Source: Klebsormidium nitens
Taxonomy: Eukaryota > Plantae > Klebsormidiophyceae
Direction: 5' to 3'
Length of the DNA stretch: 64,000 nt
Assembly: GCA_000708835.1 (NCBI GenBank)
Contig: DF237084.1
Span: forward strand, 1-64,000
The stretch's first letter is position 1; every line of letters starts with the position of its first letter. The notes beneath the pieces are model-generated. The model was not told the origin of the DNA. It did not search any database and was given only the letters and a program-made list of their open reading frames with translations. Below, in pieces: positions 49,629-59,611 of the stretch. Position numbers and translations under genes: made by a program.

Positions 49629-52169
49629 TCAAGCGGTGCCCACAAGCTGCTTAAGAACCCGCGCCGGGTTGCCCGCCACAACGACGTTTGGTGGGACGTC
49701 ACGTGTGACGACACTGCCGGACCCGATGACGCTATTGTCGCCAACCGTCACGCCCGGGTTTATGATAGCACTTCCCCCGATCCACACATTGTTCCCTATC
49801 CTGTAAGGAAAGAATTTACGTCATCAGTTGTCCAATCACAGGGGGGGGGTCTTAGTGCAGAGGCAGTACGACCGTGTCTGGGCTGGTTGAGAAAAGAATA
49901 AAACTGAGGGCGTAACCAACAAGCCCAATGACGGGAAGAGAAGCGAGGGAGCAACGAGAAAGCTTGTGGTGCTGATGATAATAAGAGCAATTTTGATCAG
50001 AAACGTGTTAAGAAAAGAGCGACCACTTTCAACGGAGGGCGAACGGAAGCCCACTCCCTCAGGCCGACCAAAGACCGGGGCCGAGGAAGTGCACACGCAA
50101 AGACACCTAAGCTGGTCTCGTAGCCGGGGACGCCACACATGCACGTTACACGCAAGCCCTGAGGAAAAAGGTCGTGGGCGGACGTCTCATTGCCGGCGAC
50201 TTTTCCACTGGAACTTTCATCATGCAGTCGCCTCAAACGACCACTGGTGTGAGGTTGCGGCAAACGAGGAGTTCACGCGGTGTATCGAGGCGTCACCAAA
50301 GCCGCTGGAGCGCACACTCGCCCTTGTCAGAGAGGGTTTCTGGCTTACGTGGCTCCCAACAGCACTGAGTAGCATAATCTGACTACCACCCCTCTTTTGC
50401 TGTGATTTTGGACGGCATTGTTTTGCGAGCGACTACGAACAGAGAGCACGACAAAAAGGTTGCTACATAGACATGTCGCAAAAGATTTCGAGAGTTCACC
50501 TGATCGGTAGAGCCAGCTCCAGGCCGGCGGCCCGAGTCGCGGGGTCCGTTGGATGCGTGGCGGCGTAGATCTGGACGTTTGGTGCGCACAACACGTCGTT
50601 CCCTATGTGCACGGTGTTGGCGTCGAGGATTACGAGACCTGCAAAACGAGGGGCTTTCAGTGGGACTGCGGATGTGTTTGCACTAGATCGTCGTTCCATA
50701 TGTGCACGGTTCCTGAGATAAGACTGGATACCCGCTACGGTAGAGGGACTTTGTCTGATGGCAACGGATTGGCACTTGCGCAAATGTTGACAGCAGCCCT
50801 TGAAGGCGGGCGGAGGTGGTCTGATCTAACTCATCACTGGGCCGTTTGAAGCAACTTCGTTGTCAATCATTCGTAACTGCACTTTTTGAGTTTCGTGTTT
50901 TGTGTCTCGAGCTGAAGCACGAGTCAAATATTAATCGACTTCCGAACTTCGTATGAGTCTGATCCAAACATCTGAAGCCGATTATGTCGACGAACAATAC
51001 GACAGTAATGTGTCGTGGTCTGAACAGTGCGGAGATTTGTCGAAACTCAAAAAGTTCCAGAAGTATCAACAAAGCAGACTCACTTCTTTAGAGTCCTCAC
51101 CAGATTAGATCTCGAAGGCTCATCCGTCCAAAGAAAGCTGACATGCCAATACGTTGGGTTGTCCTGCCAGTTTCTTCAGTGGTATGATTGTTTCGGCTGT
51201 TGTGATCAACCTAGAGCAGCCAGAACCCCTGTTTAAAGGCCTGGATGCTTCAGAATTGCTAAACTTATCCATAATGACTTCACCGCAGAGAAAGAAAGCT
51301 TACCCGCATTTGCATAGAAGTTGTTTCCGATGAAGGTGTTTTTGCCATAGTCGCAGAAGAAGCGGGGCTCGATGTACGGGGTGGTGCCAATGGACCCAAA
51401 AATGTCCTGCGGAGGAAAAATGACGGAGTGCTTATATCTATAGCTCGCAGTTTTAGCAGGGGAAGTGCATAAATACTTCACACGAATGACCTGAAGAAAG
51501 CACAGAAACTCTGAAGGCCTTAGGTTAGGATTTGACTCAGCGATTTGTTATTCAAGGGTGTGGGAAGAGTACCATCTGGAAAGACTCAGCGGGGGAGTAC
51601 TCAACAACTCAATAGTATTGGCTTCAGCCAGAACACTAGTCAAAATTAAGCTGTGTAGCCTCATTCTAAGTCAAGTACGCAAGTCCTGGGAAGCATTAGA
51701 AACCAATGCGGATTGTGAAGGTCACGCCATCAATTGTTAACAACTCAACAAAGAACTGCGCATATGTTCATGAGTTTTGAGGTGACTAGAGTGAATCAGG
51801 TTGTGAGCATCAAGTTTTGGTGAAAGCTCCAACCTCCACAATTCGGAAAGAGGGCCTTCGGAGAAGTTTGCGCTTTCTTACTGCAATCACCCGCTCCTTG
51901 TAGACCATCTGAAAGCAGTATGGGACTTGGACTTTCAGCAGACCCACCTTCATGAGCTCAGCTCTTCTCTCCTCCTCGTCCAAGGGCGTCTCATTGAACT
52001 CGTTGACCACTTTGACAGCTCGTCGATGCAGAGTCTTCAATTCAGGGTTCTGTAGCGGACTGTACAACTCTCCTGCGAGCATCTTCTCCCTTTCTGACTT
52101 TCCAGGAACACCTGGTCCCACCACCAGCCCTGATGCACCTCCCCTAGGCTCCGACCCTGATGACGCCAT
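49629..52169 (-). CDS. maa: Maltose/galactoside O-acetyltransferase (Mac domain + left-handed beta-helix), complement(join(49629..49800,50500..50638,51304..51406,51948..52169)), 211 aa
   Basis: [11 protein letters not shown]; [25 protein letters not shown]; [19 protein letters not shown]; [59 protein letters not shown]. Phases are 0/1/2 consistent and the total is 636 nt. Confidence 0.93.
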
Positions 52170-52905
52170 GCTATTGTTTGTTGCTCTGCAGAACGGAGAG
52201 TTTTTAAGTTGACCTGCTTTCTGATTAGATGCCAGCTGGAAGGGGGTTTCATGCAAGCAGATGAAGCAACGTGGGGATGAAGTCCGCTTGATGGGATTGT
52301 TAAGTGAAGCGGGAAATGACCAATTCAGCGGAGTGCTTCTGATTGTCGCAAACGTGCGCATCTAGAATGCGACATGCAACTTTCTTTACGTCTGCTCAGA
52401 TTAATGGATCAGATCATCCCCAACCAATAACCTTATCAGCAAACGTACCTTCAAAAGCTTTGAGTGGTACCTACTTGGCTCGGCATAAAAGTGGACTTGA
52501 TGCAGGCTGGAAGAAGCTTCTGCTCTTGAAAAATGCTTGAAGGCCTTCTGGACCCAAGGAAGGTTTTGGCGGGCAAGGGGTCCGCCATTGGCTGAGGGTC
52601 TGCCAAGTGGCTAGCTCGGACTGTCGCTCGGACGTATGTTGACGTCAAGCTCGTGTGATTGCACCCATTATCGCCTGTGGATCCATTACCAGCTGGTCCA
52701 CGTGATCGTTGGAGCTCTAGCCTCTCGTTGCTCGATCGCAGCCTGAGCTTCTGCATTTACCTACAAGCTCGCCGCTAGCTGCGCTTTCGAAATCAGGGGT
52801 GCCGGCCTGCAAGAGCCTTGGCCCTGGCTCTGGGAAGGAACATTACGGTAGTGTTCAAGCGTTAGTATAAAGTAGCATTACAGCCAGAGGTTTGTCTTTG
52901 GAGAC

Positions 52906-55900
52906 ATGGCCACACGAGAGGCCTCGTGCGCACGTAGCTTGGACCACCCCTCACCGCGGTTGCTTTCCCAAAACAATACCGCCCAAAACCAGTCGCCAGC
53001 AGAGCCCTCAGGGGAGCTCGAAAATCCACAAATTGGTGAAGATTTTGCGCAGACAGCAACCAATGGTGACCACAACATAATCTTGAGGATAATGTTTCAT
53101 GAGCTGAGGCGGCCCGGCGTTCGACCAGTGCAGTTTGACCTGTCGGGGCTGGCGTCAAGCAGTACAGTGGAAGAAGTTGCTGTTCAAAGTGAGTCTGCAG
53201 TCATCTTGTGCGCAAGTTCAACAGTTTCTCTGAATGTCTTCATACTGAAGTGAAGCTGACGTGGGGCTTCTATCCAGAACCTTTCTCTTCATCCCAGTTC
53301 TTGATCAAAAGGGTCTGATAGCAAAGATGCAAAGAACGTGCCTCTTAGAATGCATAGTGTTCGAAATGCAGAGGGGTAGAATAATTAAAGGTAGGAGCCG
53401 ACAAATCTGAGACTTGGCTGGAGAATATTGGTCGGTCTTTCTTATCATGTGCTGATTCTTGAGGGACCAATGGCTTACAAGTTCCAAGTCAGATCACCTG
53501 GACTTGGGTGGCAGAACACAAGAGAAATAACGCCGCTCAGCACGAATGTTTCCAGCATTTCGCTGTTGACAGCAATGCTGAGATCATCATCCAATTCCTC
53601 CCTCTTGCAATCAAGCAGACCTCCTGGCAATCTGTCCTCTGGCAAGCTCAATCAAGACTTGAACTTTCAGTTAGTGCCCCTTTCCACCTCCCAATACGAC
53701 ATAGTCCGTCTCCACGAGATATAAGACTTATTTCTTGTGCTTGCAGTCAATGAGCATCTTTCTAGCTCTGCTCCCGCCGGTTCCCCCGCCTCCGCCCCTT
53801 TTGACGCACCGGGCACCCCCCTTTCCCGTCTCTTCTACTGCGGCGTCGAGCTGCGGTCCCTTCAACGAACTTTAGAAGAGTTTGGGATTAACACTGGGGC
53901 TGTTCTGATGGCGGCACCTGGGGCTGCCCTCAAAAGTCTCAGGGTGTCGCAGCTGGAGCCGTCAAGCGGGTCTGAGACTGGGGGGAACAGCGTAAGTTGA
54001 AAGGTCTGAGCTGCTCTTTACTGCAGCTTGGCGAGGTCATGGTATTGAAAGCAAGCACCCGATGTTGGCTTCTCGATCTGTTGTTGGGTTCATAGTCTTT
54101 CTCAAGAAGAATAAAAGTGTCAAAATTTGCCCAAACATTCACAGTCGGCAAGAGCTTGGCGGGCACCTCTACTGGAGATTCAGCAGAACCTGATGCCCTG
54201 GACAATCGTGATTGGGTTGTTTGTAAGGAGGGCCGATACTTCCTCTTTTGCAAGTATGTGATCTGCGGTTCGATGGAAATGAGGCCAAAACTAATAATGG
54301 AAATCGCAGTTTTTCAAATCTATGCTTAGAGGCAGTCCAGCCTTGGGAGCCCAAATCGACGATCCAGACGGTAGAAGTAGTTCTGGCAATGCACATCTCT
54401 AAAAAACGAACGATTTTTGAGAGATGCGCCCTTATTTCCTGTTTAATAGATTGCGTTCAAGCTCGTCTCGCGCTGACATCAGTACGAACGGGTCACTTGC
54501 GGGGCAGGAACAATCGAAAGTCTGGTCGGCATATTGACAGCGGGAAGAGATCATCTTTTCGCCTTCTAGTAATTCGCTTGTAAAGCCCAGATCTCAAAAT
54601 GAGTCACTTATTGCAGGGACGACTCGCTGATTGTGCTCTAGGGCCTCGCACTCTCTTAGTGTGAGGCCCCACTAAAAGAGTCGAGTAGTAAGTAAGAAAG
54701 GAATTCTGTCAACCACATTGTCCCCTATCTTCCATAAGAAGGTACGTCAAAGCGGGCGTGCCTTTAGACGTCCTCCGGGCATCTGCTGTTTCCCCAGAGC
54801 CACTGACGTAAGCTCACTCTTTCAAGCAGGTCCACATAAGCGGGCAGTGCTTCCAAACGTCCTTGAGCATCGCCATTTGTCCAGAGGCACTGGCATATCC
54901 TCTCTCTCTCTCGTCCTCTGTCTTTCAAGCGACTAATCTTACACAAGCACTGCTTTCGGACGTCCGCAGAGCGCTTGTTACTCTGCAAAGGCACTGACGT
55001 GCGCTATGTCTCTCAAGCAGGTACACATTAGCGGGCAGTGCTTCCGGACGTCCGTGGATCGTCCGCTTCTGGCACGGTTTGGTAGCACGGTAGTACCTAC
55101 GATGCCCGTCAGCGGAGAAGTGGTTCGCTGCACCAGCCCGCCCCACCCACCTGGTACGTACTTTGGGGATTTGACGGATTTGTCACCCTCCATTGGCACA
55201 AGCCGGGATACTTTGTCCTCTTATTTTGGCAAGAGAAACCTGCCAAAGTGTCAACGACACCTTGTTCTTGTCAACTCGTTTCGACAGATATCAAACTCCC
55301 GAGGTCAACTTGTCATTGACACCTGACTGTTGACACGCCTCTGCTTTTTGATTAGCACGCCCTACGATGACGCCGCAAGACAGTAAGATCCTCAGAACGT
55401 TTCAGGGAGTTTCTCTGGAAGGGATGATAGCAACCACTGTTTTCACTAACCGCCAACGTCCCACCATCCAACGTTTTACAAACCCAAAGCATTTTTGATC
55501 CTTCAGCCGGCGCGTTTCTGATTGCCACCTCTTTGCAAGCGAGGATTGTTTCGAAAGCGAGGATCCAAGAGGCGCTGCGGAATCTAGCTTCAATGAAACC
55601 TGAACGATGCATGACCGTCCAATCTGTTTGTCGATCCGCATTGCAAGCGTTCACTTCGGAGATCGTTGACATCTGTTCGTGGCTAGATTTCTGGTCTAAG
55701 TGATATCCAAGTTTGGTAGAGTCCTGGACAACGATGCACGTGGTCGCTTTCTGACGTCCCTGAGTTTGCTCTTCAAAATCCTGCCCGGTGCTTTCACTCC
55801 AAGCTTCTCTTGAACAAACTCGATCTATTGCCAAAAAGCGGTTATCCTGAGCAGGTTGTTAGAAGTTCACATTCTTGCATGCTACCTTTCCAAGCTCGTT

Positions 55901-56499
55901 CCGCTAATAGCGATAATGACTTGAAGAGACCTTTTCAAGCACCGCCAAATTAGCAGTACAAAGAAACTTTCAGTTCGAAGGCAGTATTTGAGAAATCAAT
56001 CGTCTGACGTACTCGATTCCCTCTATCACCGATGATCTTTGGACGAGATGCGGACACGTCATCTGCATTTCTCACCTCTGGTGTCCGATGAGCCCTGCTC
56101 CGAATCTTCCTTGAAAGCTGTGAGCCATCGCAACCGCAGTTCGACCGCAGATCTTCGAACTAGGCATAATCAGGGGAGCGAATCCTTTTGCTGTGGGGCG
56201 GAAACTTGGAGCCCTCGTATGTTCGGTAAACATTGCGGAACTGTTTTACGTAAACTTACTAGCAATTACGGAATGAGCTTGTTCTGATTGCGGTTGCTCA
56301 AAACTACGCAGGGCCAGTTTCGGTGGAGGTCTCTTCGGATGGGGGCCACACTTGGACGTCCGACAACGTCACGTACACGTATATTGGGCTTCGGACAGTG
56401 CTTGATCACCCCATACGGGTCCCTAGCGTACACTGCTCAGCTATGTCCACAGTCCAGGAACTAGAAAGGGCTGCTTTTCGACATAGTCGAGGACTTTAA
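52906..56499 (+). CDS. Ubiquitin-like domain + IPT/TIG domain protein; exons 52906-53188, 53747-53991, uncertain middle exons (~54096-54372), 55021-55153, 56312-56499
   Basis: Ubl pattern: IILRIMF...PVQFDL...STVEEV...LSRLFYCGVELRSLQRTLEEFGINTGAVL, compare [20 protein letters not shown]. TIG pattern: VHISGQCF...ARFGSTVVPTMPVSGEVVRCTSPPHPP/GPVSVEVSSDGGHTWTSDNVTYTY, joined in phase 1 across the intron. Confidence 0.7.
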
Positions 56500-57104
56500 A
56501 GGTTGGAAACTCGCTTGTTCGCATAGTGGCGTTCCGCAGGAAATGCGAGGCCTTAAAGCTTCGGCCCGTTTGCACCTTCGTGTGAACCTTCAGGCACATG
56601 AGCAAAGTTTTTGTGCAGCAAAAGAAGATCACGTAGCTCACCTGCCACTCATCTGCTTAGTCTATGTAATAGAATGGAACCTCATGTACACATGATACAG
56701 GTGTACATAAACCGATGAATCAATTCGTGTACAAATGATGTACATGAAGTACAAAGCACCTTTGAGTATAGCTATCTACTGCAGGTTTGGTCAAACCTGA
56801 ACCCCTGAACCAAGTCTGAATTGAGCCGCGAAAGTTCAGTGATGTTCAAAGCTGTGACAGGTTTTCTCGGTACCTCGATCTTCGGGATGGGTTACTCTAA
56901 GTATGCATCGTATCCACAGTAAATTTCTGAAAGCCGGCAGGCCAATCCCTCCGTCCAGATAAAGTTGTAAACTACGGCACTTGACCCGCGGCGTCCGCGG
57001 ACCTTCCGGCCGACCACAACGGGAAGGCACGTGGCAGTTGTATTGAACTGCCAGCTGAGCTAGCCGAGCGCATGAGGCGGAGCATTTTTTTCGTAGCGTA
57101 CCAT

Positions 57105-58655
57105 ACTACTGTGTACAGGCCGTAGCCTTAGGTAGGACCTAGGACTCTAGGAGGCTAGGACTGTGATTGGCAGAGCCTGAGCTACATCAAGCACGTCAAG
57201 ACCACTGCATGCTTGAAGTAGCCCATCCCGAGACTACTGGACGAGATAGCCTGTCATGCATCATATCTATTCGCGGCGATTAGTAACGGTGGTGTGATTC
57301 ATCAATCTCATCACGTCATGCTAAGAGGCCAGTGAACAAACAGCTGGCACCTTTCATTGGTAAACTCGAAGTGACCGAAAACAAGACAAAACGTTCTTAC
57401 AGATCTGAAGCTGATGTTCTGTAATTTGTCGTGTCAATTCCAATCGGAACTGTTCTGCATAAATAAGCATCAGTCGCTCTAAAAGTCCGAGAAGTAAACC
57501 CTCCTTTGGACCATTATGAAACGTGTTCCTGATCACTACAGCTTGGATGGGTCTTTTGATCACTTCTTGACAAAGTATGAGAGTATAAAAGTATGAAAGT
57601 ACGTATGCAACTTATTTTGATTTTGACCAATTCGAGATGAGAAGAAAGCATATCTTTGGTGAGAGCAATGCATCAAGCAAACAATTGAATCATCACACGT
57701 TCCAATCCAGCTAGCCATCTAATCAATTGCAATCCGTTGGTGCTCTCGCAGAGCTTTGGCATTCATGAGAATGATACCTGTAAGAGGAATGATGAAGATG
57801 TAGTCAGATGTAGAAGTGCCCGCAGCGTTCAAGGTGACAAAGGTGCAGAACCGCAAACTTCAAAAAGTTTTGGCGGCCGCGCAGCCAGCTCTCGTCTGAT
57901 GTTGCTCACGCCGTGGCGCGCGTAGGAGAGTAGGTTGCTGGCACACAGCTTGGAAAAAGAGAAAGAAAGCCTGCTCCTTTCCTAAGATATAGCTGTCACG
58001 TGTCGACGAAGCTATATTTGTGTGCCAATTCCATATCGGGGATAACGTTTTCCCCCTTCGACTTTCAAAATTGCTCTTTTATTGGTATCTAAGATCAGTA
58101 ACACGGTCTAGAAACATAACGAGATGTTTCAACCGTTACAAATCAGACAGCAAAGGCAGATTTATCGGACGAATGAGATCTGATCTTATCCTTTCTGAAG
58201 GCTTTCTGAAAACCCGAAACCCGGAGGCAAGATTAGACACCGGGTTTAATATGAGGACTTCGTAGCCGTTGGATAAGCGTCGAGCAATCAGTACCGTCAA
58301 TCTGTTTGGACGTTTTTATTCGCCTCCCTGTTCCGACCAGGTCGTCGGAACGTCAGAACTCCGGACGGTGTAAGAACACCTGCATGCGTGCACGGAATTC
58401 CCGGCACCGGCAGGAGATTCTGGGCACGCAGATCGTTGGAATTTTGCACCACTGGGTCCGATGGTCCAATCATTTGCATGTTGTCAGGTGACAACAGCCA
58501 TGAGGTCGTGAGCTCGTCGTGAGGTACAACTAGGTAAACGGTACTGGGTATGTACTACGGTACCAAGGCTCGACCAATCACAGTGCTAGGTACATACCCA
58601 AGTGTAATATGTGTACGTAGTACGTACCTACTACGGCCTGCACCGTCTACATGGT
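57105..58655. repeat. Pair of diverged inverted repeats (~57105-57180 and ~58565-58655) around ~1.4 kb of unassigned sequence
   Basis: The reverse complement of the left arm, AGGCTCTGCCAATCACAGTCCTAG...CTACGGCCTGTAC, matches the right arm, AGGCTCGACCAATCACAGTGCTAG...CTACGGCCTGCAC. Confidence 0.6.
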
Positions 58656-59029
58656 GTTCATTATAAAATACCCGGGGGCCCTGGCCCCCGGGTTGCTTTG
58701 AAGACTGGCCGGGTGGGCCCCGTTATATCTCATGACACTATTGTTGACTTTCCAGGCACTAGGTAGCTCCTTTCCGACTCTTTTCACAAACCGATTGCAC
58801 TTCTACACGGAGTATTACTACCTAGTACCTGGTGTCAGTACGAAGTACCGGTAACAGTGTCAGAGCCCACCAGCCGGGCACAAGGGACTCTGGAGTCTGG
58901 CCGGATTTCAACACCCTTTGAGGCTCTGACAGTGACAGTGACAGGTACGGTACAACTGGTGCACACTGCATACCGCACTACGTAGGTAACCAAGACGATG
59001 GCGACAGCAGTGGCACGCAAGCAATATTG

Positions 59030-59210
59030 GTAACTCTACAGGAGATTGTTCCAAGATACACAAGCCCCGGGCACCTCGACTTAAAACCTAACCCGAAACA
59101 TTACACGCCCCGTATCCGCACCCACCCTAACCCACAGACTAACCCCAACCAGTCCCCCGGGTGTTCACCGCAAAACATTCAACCGTTCAACAATCGAGAG
59201 TTACCGAAGT
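59030..59210 (+). repeat. Dispersed repeat family, copy 2
   Basis: Collinear similarity to the reverse complement of 9061-9255. Confidence 0.8.
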
Positions 59211-59611
59211 ACGCAACCAGCTTGGCCCTTGCGTTGCTTGCGTACTTCCTGCCACCGAGCAGGCTGACATCAGTATACTCGGTGAAATCATACAGTACCT
59301 ACTACAGTACGGTACTACCTAGGCCCAGCTAGGCACCTGGCAGCTTTTGAAGAATGCTGAACTTGATCACTTGAACTTGAAGGCGTTGTTCTGGATACGT
59401 ACCTATCTTGAATTCGAAAGCTATCACAGACTCCAGACTCCCGAGTGGGAAATCGGCCCGAAGTCTCGTCTCAGCAGTGTATGATTGTCTGACTCTGAGC
59501 GAGGCCGAGCACCTAGCCGGGCAGTAAGGAAGCCAAGGCCCAGAACTCTCTGGTGGTTTCTGCCATTCTCGGAGATCTGCCACGCTCAGTTCTCAGCTGG
59601 CCGCTAACAAT

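Noticed and set aside
56900-57030. Minus-strand peptide VVGRKVRGRRGSSAVVYNFIWTEG resembling a chromodomain
   Set aside because: Short, closed by a stop codon, and without supporting retrotransposon ORFs; may be chance.
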